Assembly: GCA_964016885.1 (NCBI GenBank)
Contig: OZ024742.1
Coordinates: 116,374,001 to 116,438,000, forward strand
DNA length: 64,000 nt
DNA from: Eledone cirrhosa
Lineage: Eukaryota
Direction: 5' to 3'
Both the position numbers and the translations under genes were made by a program. Below are positions 40,884 through 55,615 of this stretch, in pieces (position 1 is the first letter of the stretch; every line of letters starts with the position of its first letter). The notes under the pieces were generated by a model. It was not told the origin of the DNA. It worked only from the letters and a program-made list of their open reading frames with translations, and searched no databases.

Positions 40884-43800
40884 GCTATACTTCTCCTCGG
40901 GAGCACAAAGAGAGGGCGCTCCTTTCTTCCTCTACCGATTTCACCTACAGGCTGATGTAGAGAGAAGGCCCATTAACACGGGCTATTCTCGCCACTTTCA
41001 CCCTCCTTTCATAAAACTGGCTGGGGTGTAGCACCTCTCTCTCCATCCTGATCCTTCTTCCGAAATGGTATCGGAAGAAGAGACCTAGTTGTTGGCCGGA
41101 GAGAAAGGTGTCCGACCTCAGCCCTTTCAATCGCGTCCACCATATAACCTCTTTCACCAGGGCTATTACGCTCAGAAACACCGAATTGGTCCCACCCGTG
41201 ACAGCAGTCGTTCGACCTAGTCCCACAGATCGGCGACGCCCGGGCATTGTACCAATACGTGTGCAACAGTTTCCTCATCGCGCACGCATCTGGACAGATC
41301 TTTTTCGAGGGGTCCCTACCCGGGTGCCCGTGTCTGTAGAGCTTTTCTCGAACGGGAAGAGCCCTCGGTATAATTGCCAGGCCAGGGACCTCTGGAAGTT
41401 GTCCATAGGTCCCGGGCCAAATGTCCTACCGAACAGGCTGGCCAGTTCGTCATCCTCCATGTCCAGGCCTTCTCCAAGGGCGTCTTGTCACCTGCTGCGC
41501 ACCAGCCCTCTAGGGAATGTCGAGGTGGAGTCTCCACTGATAGCCGGGCCCGCTCGCCAGAGAGCCGTGAGCGCCTGGGCACACTCTGTTGACCGGTGAA
41601 GAATACCTGTAGGTGCCGTAGCCTTAATGAATCAGCAGCCAAGGCATCCCCAGCCCTCCTTTCGAAGGGTGTTGACAGCAGATGGATCACCTCAAGAAAG
41701 GTGCCCGCTTCTTCCAAAGCAATTAGAAGAGTGCGCGCTCCATTTTGGTGAGCGTTTCCCTTGGACAAGGCACGACGGTCAGGCGGTAGTAGATGACGGA
41801 CGCTATATAAGTGTTCACCACCTCCGCCCGACCTTTCAGGGATAGTTTGCACTCGGCCCACTTCTGGGACAGTGCTAACACCTTGTTCGATACCTCACTC
41901 CAGTTCTTCTCCACCTGGAGGTCTGGTCTAAACCAGACCCCGAACAACTTCACCGGGCCCTCCGTTCAGCATCCGACAACGCCATCACAGGGCATCCGTT
42001 TGCCCCTCCACGTGCCGAGTTGCAAACCGATCGACTTGTCCCGGTTCAGAGTATCCCCTGTAAACCTTTAATACTCCTCCAGTAAGGTGCCGATCTCCCC
42101 AATCTCCGAGGTGGTCGATACCATTACTGTTACGTCATTGGCGTAGGCGGACACCGCTTTCCGCAATCCCGGTTCCAAAGAGATGCCCTGCAACAACTCC
42201 AACTTTCGCAGCAGTGGCCTGAGGGCCAATACACACAGAAGGGAGGGGAGAGGGCACCCCTGTCGGATGAACTGCGTGATTTCGAACGGCTCCAAGAGGT
42301 AGACGTTCAACTTGACTCTAGAGCAGATGGAGCTGCTGTACATAGCAGTGTTCCAGCCCCTGAAAACGGGTCCGAAATCTGCCGCCGCTAGCACCGCATC
42401 CAGGTAACCATGGTCGACCCTATCGAACGCCTTAGACTGATCCAAGTTGCTTAGGGCCCGACCAAATCCGGGTTCATTCCCTACCCTCCCTATGATGTAT
42501 CGCATGAAGTGGAGGATGTCGTCAATGGACCTGGACGGGATAGCACATCTCTGAGCATCTCCAACCAGGTTGCTCCCGACAAGCGCCAACCTCTTTGCTA
42601 ACACTTTGGCCCAAATCTTTAACTCTGCATTTAGCAGAGTTATGGGCCTAAACTGGCTAATGTCATCCCCCTTGTTCTCGTCCTTCCTCACTAGCGAGAA
42701 TACGCCCTTGGTCACAGAACAGGGAATTCTCCCGTTCTGTTGCCAGTTGCAGTAGACCGCCTCTAGGAGATCGGAGAACAAGTCCGGCATAGCTAAATAA
42801 CGTTCGTATGGAAGACCATCGAGACCCGGGGATTTGCGTTTGCCGCATTGGCCCAGCACGTTCCCTATTTCAGCAGCTGAAATCGAACTCTCGCAGGACT
42901 TCGCCTCCTCGTCCGAGAGACGCTGCAGGTCGTCGAGATATGGACCGACGTCCACATCCCCATCCGGCCCCCCGGCCCTCCCGAACAATCGGGCAAAGTG
43001 CCTTTGAAAGGCCTCACACATCCGCTTAGGTTCAAGGATCACCCGTCCATCCTGGTCTCACAAAGACCGGATAGTGGATCTAATCCCTCTTTTGGCTTCT
43101 GTCACGCGGGTCCAGCTAACAGCTTTGGTCCCCTCGTTTCCTAGAGCACGTATTTTGCTTCGGACAATGCAGCCTTCGTGCTTCGCGTCAAAGAACTGAC
43201 CCAAGGCCGTTCTCGACGCTAGCACTCTGACCACGTCGCCGCTTCTAATTGCCTCTTCTACACTATCTACCAACTTCCTTTCCTTCCTAATTTCTATCTG
43301 AGGCTAACTCCTTACTAAATCCTATTGAAACTACTCTAATCTCTCTTTTGAGAGATACCCACCACCATCGCTCCCGTAAAACGCTCCTTAACTAAAGTAC
43401 TAATCCGGTCCCTGTACACTTTACTTGCCGGTAAGGACGAGTTCAGTTTCCAATAACCGCGTCCCTGTCTATTGGTTCTATCAAGGTTGAGTATGCGAAT
43501 AGCCAACCATGATCATCTCTGGACAGCTTAAAAGGTCCCTATCCTTATTTCTAACTAGGACCCTATCTAGGTACGACCTAGATAATCCACTGCGGTTTAC
43601 CCAAGGCCAGGTTGGCGCAGTCCGAAAATCTAGTTATATCTATCGGCCAGGTCAAATCGGCCGATTAACTCCTTGAGGCTGTTACACCCCCGTCTAAGGG
43701 AACATACCCCTACATAGTCCCAGCGTGCATCTAGCATACCATTCCAGTCCCCCATTAATAGCAAGGAGCGGGACGTCCCCAGAAAAGTCTCCAGACGTTG

Positions 43801-46128
43801 GAAGAAGTCTGGCCGCGCTGATCCAAAAGTGGCGTAAGCGGTGACCAGCCTAAAGGCTCCGCCTTCACCACTGTCAACGTCTAAACCACCAGTCGACCCT
43901 GCGGGTCCAGGTGTACCGTCTGTGCGGCGAGACCCAGATGTTTTTGCAGCAGAACGACAACCCCACCCCCACACCTGGGCTGAAAGAGAGATGCGTGCAT
44001 CTCAAAGTCGTCAAAGGTGGGGGGCTAGCTGCTGATATACAGCGTGACCTGAGGTCATTTAGAAGTTTTGCTTGCTTCCAATATAAGCCCAGGCCACGCG
44101 CATTTAGACAAGCCACTCTCAATACAGCCATGTTAGTGGTAAAGAGAAAAAGGAGGCACCTACCTCTCTGCATCCCGGGGACCAGGCTGCACAATTTCCA
44201 TGGGGTGGGGGAGGGGTTGTTGGGTGGGGCTGGAGGTTTGTGGTAGTGTGGGGGTATCAGTGTGTGGTGGGGTTGGGATGTTTGTAGTTGGGTGGTTGTT
44301 TGTTGAGAGGGTGAAATGTTTTAGGAGGACGTGGTTAATGGGTCGGCGCAGGGGGGACCAACATCTTCTCTAAAATTGTCCTTTAAAGTTTTGTATATGT
44401 CCTTTGGGACATTTATCTTTTTGAGGTGGGGGAGATCCCCTGCCTGTGTGAAGTTAGGCCCTTCGGTTTTTATCAAATTGTTATTATAAATAATGTTCAA
44501 CAGTTTTTTTTATTTCTTGTGTTTATGTATGTGTATGCATATTTTTGTTTTTGTGTGGTGTTTTTTGTTTGATGTTGTGTGTTTTTTGTGTTGATGGTTG
44601 TGGTATGTTTGGGGAGGGGTTGTTTTTATTTGTGTGTCTGAGGTGTGCTTTCTTTTCTTTCTTTTAACTTTTTGGAAATGCTCCCCTCGTCTGACGACGA
44701 ACGGGGGTCGTCTTCCTTTTTGGAGGGGAGGGGTAAATTTTCGGACAGTGTTTGTGGTGTGGGTGTTTTGGAAATTGTTTTTTGAGTTGGGGGGATGGGT
44801 TGGACAGTGTTTTGTTTTGTGTTAACTTGTGATTGTTGTTTTTGTAGTGGTTGTGGTGACTGTGTTGGTTGTGTAGGTGTTGGTGGTGTGGGCAGAATTG
44901 GAGTTTTCTTTTTAAGTTGCGGACAGACAGCCCTCAGGTGATCTCTGGTTCCATAGAGGTAACATGAGGGCCGCCTACCCTCAAATGTAATGTTTATAAA
45001 AGTTTGGTCATCAAGTATGACGTGTTCAGGTATCTGGGCGATCCTTTCGGGCCTCATTTGAACTAAAAGTTCGAGGCCGTGCCGTTCCACTGAACGCGTC
45101 ACCCGATGCCTTTCCCATCGATATCAATATGTCATTGTTCAGGTCAAGAAAACCTGTTAACACCCACCATAAGTCCATAATTGGAAGAATGGTTTGTATT
45201 TTTATTTTCTGTGTCCTTCTACCCATGTACGTAGGGTAGAAGGTGTATGCGGTGGATGTAATAGGTTTTTTTGCCGTGTCCTGGTCCTCCATGAGAATGG
45301 ATAGACTCCCATAGCGTCTATCCTTTTGTATGAACAGAATGTCTTTCATTACATCTTTTAAGACCAGCTCAATCTCACTCTGTGATGGTTGAGCTGGTCT
45401 TTTCGTTTTATTTAACACTATCCTAAACATCACTGTGTTTAGTACTCTCTGACTCTTTAGTTCCGGAGGCGAGTGGATCGAAAATGATCCATTTTCCCCG
45501 TATACTATGTATTTTTTGGTTTCTGCCAGTAGCTCCTTAGCATTGCTTATGTCTACTGGCAGGTCTTCAAGGTTATTTTTTCGCAGTTTGGGCAAAGGAA
45601 ATCTTTCCATTATCCTTGTACCCGTTGTTTTCTTTTTCGTTGCTTTTTTTAATTTTTTCTGTGTTTTCTTTGTCCATGTTGATGTTGTTTTGCAGTTTCT
45701 GTGTGTTTGTGTTGTTGGTGTTTGTGTCGTTTGTATTTTCATACAATTTCATGTTAACATTTTGGGGGTTTTTACCCACATTTTCACAATTTTCAGTAGA
45801 AACATTGTGTTTGAAAGTGAGAAGGGAGAAGTTTCAATTACATTCATTTGTTGTTCCTTTCTCTCACTTTCGTCAGGAGGCGTGGCAGAGTTGTTGTTGT
45901 TCATGGCGTCCATTATTTATATATACGTCAACAAACATTTTTAAAAGGTAGTTTTTACCCCCAAAAGGGGTAAAAATAAAATTACGCCCCGTCTACAAAC
46001 TTAGGCGGGAGGTTAATTCACACGGGGACACACAATACAAACAAACACTTACTGTTAACACGTAAAATATTCCAAAAAGGCAAGAGCTGAAGTTACCTAC
46101 GTTTATACCATCCGAGCATAGATAGGTA
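40884..46128 (-). mobile_element. Near full-length degenerate Tx1/L1-like LINE: ORF1 (~44400-45910), ORF2 from 44131 (APE endonuclease, RT, Zn region), many frameshifts
   Basis: Zn-knuckle-like CYLYGTRDHLRAVCP; MAVLRVACLNARGL; MGDWN; KSPGLDGLP, FRPITLLN, DQSKAFDRVDH, IRQGCPL, AYAND; 5' end abuts (GATA)n. Confidence 0.9.
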
Positions 46129-46137
46129 GATAGGTAT

Positions 46138-46220
<83 letters not shown>

Positions 46221-46336
46221 TTATGCAATCGTAGATTTATCAGAATATACATAAATCTCAATGAAAGGAGATCACAAAATGAAAAATAAATTTCATTCAG
46301 CAAAGCAAATTTACATACAATATCTTATACAAAATC

Positions 46337-46520
46337 GGCGGTGGATTGGCAGTATCGGTAGAGGGTCGGACGCCATGCTTTCCAGCATAGTTACGTCCCT
46401 TTACGATCTGAGTTCAAATCCCGCCGAGGTTGACTTTGCCTTTCATCCTTACGGGGTCGATAAAATAAAGTACCAGTAATGCACTGGGTAATTGCTGGCC
46501 TTGTGCCTAAAGTAGAAACA
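46337..46520 (+). mobile_element. tRNA-derived SINE with 18-bp TSD
   Basis: AATATCTTATACAAAATC at 46319-46336 and 46521-46538; almost identical to the 13409 copy. Confidence 0.92.
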
Positions 46521-46770
46521 AATATCTTATACAAAATCAGAAATGGGTAGATTTCTGTAGAATCATCTCTCTCTCGGGAGATGATGTTTTAACCTGACTG
46601 TAGTTTCTACAGTCGAAAGGAATAACGGCTAGTCCTTCAATAGATTGATGTGGTCATCGTTAAAAGAATGGACTTCTCTCTAGAAGATGTAATTCCGTAA
46701 GTTATAAGAACATATATATATATATGTACGCACACACACACACACATATATATTTATATATATATATATT

Positions 46771-46801
<31 letters not shown>

Positions 46802-46862
46802 ATATATAAATATATATATAAATATATATAAATATATATATATATAAATATATATATATAAA

Positions 46863-46925
<63 letters not shown>

Positions 46926-47185
46926 TGTTATACTTGGGGAGGGTCATATTTGTGTAATATTACCAGAATGTATAATAGAACACACTGTTTGGTTGGTTTT
47001 CGCTTTTCGCTTCTGTGTCTTTTATATCGGTAATCTAATTTATTCGGTCCTCAATTCTGCCATTGACTGACCAACGGTCAAAAATAATACAGATACAATA
47101 TAGACACAAACACATATATATAGTTTTTCAAAGTTCTTTCGTTGCACATCTGCAACATCGTCAGTGGTGCTATTGTTTCCTCCTA

Positions 47186-47253
<68 letters not shown>

Positions 47254-47283
47254 ACATGGCGTGCTGCGTGGTTGCAAATGGGT

Positions 47284-47354
<71 letters not shown>

Positions 47355-47363
47355 GCACACACA

Positions 47364-47420
<57 letters not shown>

Positions 47421-47641
47421 ACGCACTAACATTTATAGATATATATATATACACATATATTCCCATACAAAGGGACAAAAATAACAAGTCAAAATTGCCA
47501 CAAGAAATAGCAGCCAAATGTTGATCGTCTTTCAGCTCACCAGCAAATTATACATATGTAAGCTTGTCAGAAAAGAGATCACTAAAAACACATCATTCAG
47601 AGAACAAATACGTATAGAACATGTTATATAAATTCACAGTG

Positions 47642-47940
47642 GGGTAGATTTCTCCTTGGGGATAAGCATTGTTTATCCTGATTGCAGTTTCACGTCCACA
47701 AGAATAACGGACAGCCTTTCAATAGATTGATATGGCCATTTTTACCATCGTTAACAGAATGGACTTCTCTTCTAATACTTTACATAATTAAATCCTGTAA
47801 CGAGACGTCCATTCTGTTAACGATGACCATATCAATCTATTGAAGAGCTATCCATTATTCCTTTGGACTTTGAAACTACACAGTCGGGATATACAATATT
47901 TGTCCTGGGGGAGAGATGCTTCTACTGTAATCTACCTCTT
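47642..47940. repeat. Old diverged inverted pair (47642-47768 / ~47800-47940) with a third copy at 46545-46680
   Basis: Shared TTCAATAGATTGAT...CATCGTTAAnAGAATGGAC. Confidence 0.7.
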
Positions 47941-48687
47941 TGTGAAATTGTATAAAAGTGTTATATATACATACAGATAGATATAATGAGCTATCCATTT
48001 AGATTCCGCCTACATAACACAGCATTTTGTTTAGCCTTTGTATATTGAATATCCATCTGTACATCTGTGTTCTAATGTTACTTATTTTATTATGTTCTTT
48101 TCCATATATACGTACGAGCTCCCTACATTAGTGTTTAAGTTGTAAAATCCACCATCAATATTCCTAAGAATTTATTACCTCCTGCAGAGAATTATGTGAT
48201 GTTGTGCCGTGTTGCTGCTGCTACATATTAAGAAAACCAATATGATTGGTGCAGATATGTATGTCGGAATTTGAATTTTAACCGTTAAATTTCAACGGCA
48301 TTACTTCGATGTTTATTTCATATATAATTAATGTATTTTGTATTTGCATTATCCTGCATTATGTATATGGCTTCCCGCATTAATCGTCTATTATTTTGTA
48401 GAGTATAAACTTTTCTTCGCAATTTTCTTTTCCAATCTAGTTTTATTTTGTGTTGTGTTGTAATGCTATTCGTATTTTAATGAATACTTATAATATACCA
48501 CAAACCAACAAAAACTGTGGTTGGTAATTCTAGCAGCTTGAGCAACCACAAATAGGCTCCTTTTAATAGGTATTGCGATTGATCAGCAAGCGATAAGTTG
48601 TTCTCTTCCTGATTGTAATATTGTTGATCTGTCTTATTTTAAATTGTATTTTCTATTGTTTTCGAGTATTAAAAGGTGCTTAGCGAG

Positions 48688-48842
<155 letters not shown>

Positions 48843-51140
48843 GTGTGTGTGTGTGTGCGTGTGTGTGTGCGTGAGTTTGTGGGTGCGTGTGTGTGTTTAT
48901 GCGTATCTGTGTATTTGCCAAATTCGCATAGTGCTGGTATGATATGTTATCCTATTGTAGTCTAAAAGAGAATTCAGTATAAACATTAATTATTTATTCT
49001 CAGATGTTTCACTAATATTATGGTGTCATGACAATGTTGATAGTGTCCTATGGGGAAAATAGAGCAAATGAAATATTTTTTTTGATTATAGAAGACATTT
49101 CCTTCAATTGTCTACTAGCTTACAGCTAATGAAAGCAGTCGTGGTGATTGATTCAATTGTCTAAACGCTTTGACGTAGCCAGTCATACTAAACTCGCAGC
49201 GAATTCTGGTGGGTTTAATAGCAGTTATCAGATACGGAAGAAATTATCCTGATCGGCAACTTTAGAATCAAATGAATCTTATTCATAGAATTTTCATTTT
49301 GATATTTGACTAATTTGCACGCAATAGAATTCTTTAATCAGATTATGCCATTAACATATCATGTTTCCGTCACTGAATTTTCACATGAATGTGTTTTTTT
49401 AAGATGAAGGAATGCTTTTTAGTCGTATGGCTGCTATGTATTATGCATAAAAATGAACTGAACATCAACACGTTTTCAATTAAACCCTGGTGCAAAAAAC
49501 TGTGAGATTCCGAAAATTGGTTTGCCTAATATGCAACCATTTCATTCCAGCTGACACCTTTTATTCTCTTCAAATGTTCTGCTGGAGATATTTAGATTGC
49601 TGTAGATTAACACGTCAAGGTATTGGTGGATTTTAATGACATTGTATGTAGCTCTAACAAAATGGCATTGCATTGTTATTGTATGTCATCCTGGTCTGTC
49701 TGGAACGGGCAGAACAGCAATTCAAAATATTCAAATTGTGACAATGTCATATTTTATATTCAGACATATTATATCTTGGGCTACATTACCCTATGTATCC
49801 ACTCTATATTTTAAAATGATGGAGTGCGACTCTAGAAGATTTGGTACCCTATAATTTACATTAGATCCAACGTTGTCTTTTATTTCCTGGTTGTCGCTGT
49901 TTATCGTACATATCAGCATGGCGGTATTTGATCCGTCTCTCCACGCGGAGTTAAAGTAAGTCTCGCTGTCTTTAACTTTACCTTTCACGCTCAATAATGT
50001 TTGCAATTTAGAAAATCAATGAAGCGTTAAGAGGACTGAAACGAAATCAAGTCAATTCTGCTTCGGCAACTTATTTAAGACTTACACATCAGAATAAAAG
50101 AGAGTATCACAACAAAATCCTTGTTATACCCCAAGTAGATCCTTAAATGCAAGACCAAGGAAAAGAAATTAACCACCACCATGGTAACCATGGGATGCAC
50201 TATAAACCCCCACCCCACCCCCGAGAATCAAGGAAGCTTTCTGAGTAAGCCACCTCCCATTAATATCAGAAAGGAACAAAAGGAAACACAGTGGCTGATC
50301 TAGTATGATCTGATCCTCCAAATCTATTGTACACATTAAGTACAATCACACGCACACAGGTCAAGCACCCGATTGCCGATACGACATTGTATACATACAT
50401 ACGTACTTATATATTTATACTCACATTCGCATATATGCACACATACAGGTACCTTTACATAGACACACCTGCATCCTTACATGTGCACGCCTACATACGT
50501 ACGTACATATTTACGCACATATTTATACGTACGGATATATATTTAGGTACACACATACGGTATGACATATACACACACGTCGGTACATAAATGTCCAACC
50601 AGCCCAACGTGCGTTTTCGCGCTTGCGTTTGACTAACCCCAACACAAATGGAATTTAAAAAGTAAACAGCGACGAGGAAGACAATTTCTGATTTCTCCGA
50701 AGTCCACCGCATATTCCATACTGATCAGCCCCTCGATAATGGTAAATACATCCGAAAACATTTGGAACTTATAAATTATTTAGTTAACATTCAGACATTT
50801 TCGCCTCTTATTTTCCCCCTTCACCAACATTTGACGTTCTACCTCCCGCCTTGTTGCTTTGGTAATTCTATAACCCATTTGCACTGTACTGCTTCCTAAA
50901 CATAACCATGTTTCACTTTCATATATATATATATATAGATATAGATATATATATATACAAAGACACACACAATGGAATTTTAGTCATTTATTGCGCTAAC
51001 CAATCAAGTCTGTGAGTGTTGATTACTTGCATTAATTTATATGGCATTTAATATTTCAATTACGCCGTATATAATTTATCACTAAAAATTAAATTATGCA
51101 TGTTATTTCTTATTCTGTTTATAGTTTTTGTCAATATCCA

Positions 51141-51310
51141 AATGGCAAGAGCCGTAACTCTATGCTTTGACGCATAGAGTTACGGCCCTTGCCATTCTGA
51201 ATTCAAATCCCGCCGAGGTTAACTTTGCCTTTCATCCTTACGGGGTCGATAAAATAAAGTACCAGTAATGCACTGGGATAATTGTTGGCCCTGAGCCAAA
51301 ATTAGAAACA
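51141..51310 (+). mobile_element. 5'-truncated SINE with a 25-bp 5' foldback
   Basis: AATGGCAAGAGCCGTAACTCTATGC(tttgac)GCATAGAGTTACGGCCCTTGCCATT, then B-box and SINE core. Confidence 0.85.
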
Positions 51311-51723
51311 ATTATTATAAGATAATCTTTTTTCTGTTGACGTAGCATGGTCGAATGGTAATACAATTTGCTTAAAGACCTGGTTTAGGTCCAACTACAT
51401 GGCAGCGTAGTCACATGACCTTTAACATAGGCTCCGACTCATTGTCAATGAAATAGGGTAGAAGGAAATCATTTTGAAACCTGTCGTATCAACTATACCT
51501 GTAATTCAACGGTATGCAAAGTGTCCTACTGAATCACCAAGAACGCCTGTCTCTGTAATGTGCAACCACTTGCAAGTTTATGAGGACGCTGTTCTGTTGA
51601 TTAACAAACTGGAATATTTATTGGCGAATCATTCGAGATGTATTCACCATCCCAAATATGTATTAAAATATAACGGTGTCAAGAGAATGAGTGTGTCCCA
51701 CGCCGCTTTTGTTTATCTATTTG

Positions 51724-51764
<41 letters not shown>

Positions 51765-51769
51765 TTATT

Positions 51770-51875
51770 TATAAAAATAACAGATTAAAGTTTAAGCAAA
51801 GAATCGCTGCTTTCACCCTTATTTATCCTTATCGAGCCCTCTTTGGATTTTAGTCTTCAATTTTATTATTATTAC
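51770..51875. mobile_element. Third copy of the 17785 family
   Basis: Same inverted 5' block joined to the 3' block. Confidence 0.8.
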
Positions 51876-52762
51876 TATATATATATATATACACACATAT
51901 TAATTCCATCTATCAGGTCAGATCAAACTGGTGAAAACGTAAATTCGGTACTATCTCTTTCATGGTTAGGCTCTCGACGACAAAACCGGGAAACCCTAGT
52001 CTAAGATGTTCGGAAGTTTAATAAATATTCTCACACCACGAAATTACTACATGCTTACATTGTTGCGTGTACTAAACAAGCAGTTAACAGCCATCACTCA
52101 AACCTAAATAGAGTGAGACCCCTAGTAAGGTTTTGTAGTCTAGTATTATTGACTCTCCGTTCAACCTCTGTATCCTGTTATCTCTTTCGGACCAGTTGAT
52201 CATGCCTTTCTCTTAGAAAGGAAGATGACAACCAAAGGTGACTTAAAGTATTCATAGCTGGGATTATCGTCTACACGACTTAACCATCAATCACATCCCC
52301 TGCAGAGTTAAACGCTGGCTATGTGTACTGACTGTTAATCAGTGGTGATGCTCCTATAATATTGCAAAATAACAAATATGTACCATTCCTTGTTTTCATT
52401 TTATTTATTTATTTTGGCAATAACTTATCGTTAGATTTCAAGATAAATATTTCTCCTGTGGGTGCTTTACAAGGAAAATATTTTGATGTTATCAACAAAC
52501 TTGTTCAATTCATCCTGTCTACGAAACATTTATTTTCAAACATATTTACTTTTATACTTATCTAAACCACACAAATAGTGCTGTACTGGAGTTTCACCGT
52601 TTAACAAGGTTTTTAGTCAGTCATACCGATACCACTACTTTTTAAAGTTCTTCGCTAATTATTCTAACGATATCTTTTTATCACATGATTAATTAACATA
52701 TAAATTAAAGAATCGAAATCGTTACATTGCTCGCACCGATAAATATAAACGCAAACACGGAG

Positions 52763-52832
<70 letters not shown>

Positions 52833-52837
<5 letters not shown>

Positions 52838-52938
52838 AACCAGTAAGACCCCGGTTCCTATTACCCACTCTACTACCCCAAGTATTGAGTACTTTGGTGC
52901 GTTATGGTCCACCTGGTTCCTTACCACATTTCCTTCGT

Positions 52939-52939
<1 letters not shown>
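52833..52939. mobile_element. Copy of the 39355 family
   Basis: CCTATTACCCACTCTACTACCCCAAGTATTGAGTAC...CTTCGTT within (TA)n. Confidence 0.8.
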
Positions 52940-53002
<63 letters not shown>

Positions 53003-53770
53003 CACACACATGAGTGCGCGCGCACAAATATAGATAGTTAGATGTATTTAGCACGGTCTTTGCGAACAAAATTGTCCTCACCAAATATTGATCGACCAAG
53101 AATAGCAGTAAATGAGGTCTGCACATATTGCTTCATTCTGTGGTCGAACCCGACATCATGTAGTTGTGGAGCAAACGTCTTAATCACATGGACCTGCGTG
53201 CGCCGAATTTTTAAAAATGTATTTAATTTTATTCTTTTTCATTTATTTTTATTGGTACGTTTTATTTTATCAATGTCTATGAGTTATCTCTAATAGGTCA
53301 GAGTTACCCTGAGCAATTAATTACTAGACGTTCATTACTATTTACCAAGACAACTGTTTCACATCAGTAATCGATCAGGACTAAAAGAATTAAGAATATA
53401 GTAAATGTAAAACACGAATGTCTTAGATTACAGAATTGTCATTGTTTCATGAGAGCAAGCAAAAGGTCAATTCATAGGAGCTGACTATTTCACTGGTGAC
53501 CAGCTCATCAGGAGATGTGGGGAAATACGAGGTGAAATAATAATCTAACAAAGACGTAATAATATATATAATATATAAAAGTGCTTCTCTTTTGTATATA
53601 TTTTTTCGTGTTCTCCCTTTACTTATTCGCAGCTACCCTATTTTTCCTCACACTGTAAATTCCGATAAAAGAAAACTTACAACATAAGTCGCACACATAT
53701 TACACATACACATCGATTCAAAGCAATTTACACGAACCCTTCTGTACATATTGTGATGTATTATTATAAT

Positions 53771-54300
53771 CTAATAGCCATAGAGTTGACCAACATTGTA
53801 TGGATTCTTCAGGTTTAGCAGCAATTTCTGCACAATTTTCCTCTGAATGTTTTCGAAAGAAGAATTTCTGATTTGTTCAATTTGCTTTTGTCTGTTTGTA
53901 TAGTGTCTAACCCGATTAGATTTTTTTTCCTTAATCCGGTGCTTAATGTCTTCTATCAATATTTTCAAACCCTTTAACTTTATTTTATACCTCATATCCA
54001 AGCATCGTTTCTCCCTTACTTTGGCCTTCTTCCATTTTCCGTTATTCCATAGATCCATTTTTCTGAGCTGAGTTATATCACCTTCCATTCTTTTATTTTT
54101 TAGCAGGGTCCCTTATATTTCTTTCATTTTGTTTAATATCTAATCGCACACCAACAAGTAACTCTGCAGCGTTAACTAACTTCGTCAGATCGTTGATACT
54201 ATTGGTATATATGTACATCATTACATGGTTTACTTTGGCTGTTTCAATTGCTCACCAGTTCCTCTCTATACTCCGATGATTCAGCGCCTTATTGAATCCA
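53771..54300 (-). pseudogene. Degenerate R4/Dong-like non-LTR retrotransposon N-terminal fragment
   Basis: RYKIKLKGLKILIEDIKHRIK...RVRHYTNRQKQ resembles the region upstream of RT in R4-clade ORFs (recalled similarity, no alignment run). Confidence 0.5.
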
Positions 54301-54871
54301 CGATCATTAAACAGATCTCCCAATCTTATTATGAACAATCTTGTTTTTTTTCTTTCTTTACATTTTTATTTACAACTTCAATTTCCACATCATCAGTCTT
54401 GATTTTCCACTCTTTCAACATTTAGTGGTTCATTATTCTTTCCCCTATCAGCATTTTGTTAGGCTAATTCTTCCTTAATTGATTCATTCTCATTATGATC
54501 TCTATGTATCCCACTTACCACATTCGCATCATTAAAGTCACCTCCAGTTTTAATTTTCATGAATGGCCCGTTTGAATGGGCCTGCCCTAAGCGTGTGTCT
54601 GTAGTGTTGAAGGAGGACAACTAGGATAGGGGGTTTGCGGGTAACCTTTAGGGTGAACGTGGCTTGTGGGCATTCGCCACGAGTAACACTTGGAGTCTTG
54701 TCACCTTTGGAGATTTGTTATGTTTTTTTGTTTTATGTTTATTTTCTTAATCTATGTTATAAATTTTATTTTACACAAACAAAATACACACTGGATTGTT
54801 CTGAACCACCTTTAAAGTTTCCTTAATGTGAGCCATGTGTGGCTAATACAGAAAGATTTACATTATTATTA

Positions 54872-54902
<31 letters not shown>

Positions 54903-55129
54903 CATTATTTCATTTATCTTCCTTTATGTTCATACATGTTATGTCCAAGTCACAACCAGTGTCCTCAAGAGACAACCAGTCCCGCCATGTTCAAGAATGA
55001 ACACATACACATATACATGTATCTTTAGGTGTTTAGACCTGTTATGTATTTATATTGACATAATCTTCCTTAGTATATGGGCAGTTCCCATTAGTACTAT
55101 CTTATTACTATTATTATTATTATTCTTTG

Positions 55130-55615
55130 AGTATCAGTCATTGATGTTCTTTAACTGGAAAGTTTGTTGAAATGAATATAAAGCCGCTACCTGCAGCCTC
55201 AGATATTCAGGACGAATCGGAGGGTTCTCGCTGTTCCCAACAAGCATGCCTTTTGAAGTGTTCCAAAAAGCGGGTCTGGACTAACTTTATTTCACCATCC
55301 TTGGAAACTCTTTGAGATAGTACCTAGTGCGCCTATGACAATCTGGACCACGTTGACCTCATGGCAGTTCCAAATTCTTTTACCTCCCACTTTAAGTCCT
55401 GGTATCGGTTCATTTTCTCCCTTTCCTTCTCTTGCACTCTCGTGTCGAATGGGCAGGCTTCATCCACAATCAGGCACGATCTTTTTCCCTTGTCCAAAAC
55501 CACCAGGTCAGGTTTATTGTGTTCCAGTTTCTTGTCCGTCCGTATCCTAAAATGCCACAGCACCTTCACCTGATCGTTTTCCATCACCGACTCTGGCTTA
55601 TGCTCATACCACTTT
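55130..55615 (-). mobile_element. R4/Dong-like LINE 3' fragment with restriction-like endonuclease
   Basis: LWHFRIRTDKKLEHNKPDLVVLDK...LIVDEACPFD...EKEREKMNRYQDL (PD...D motif); adjacent to (TTA)n. Confidence 0.8.
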
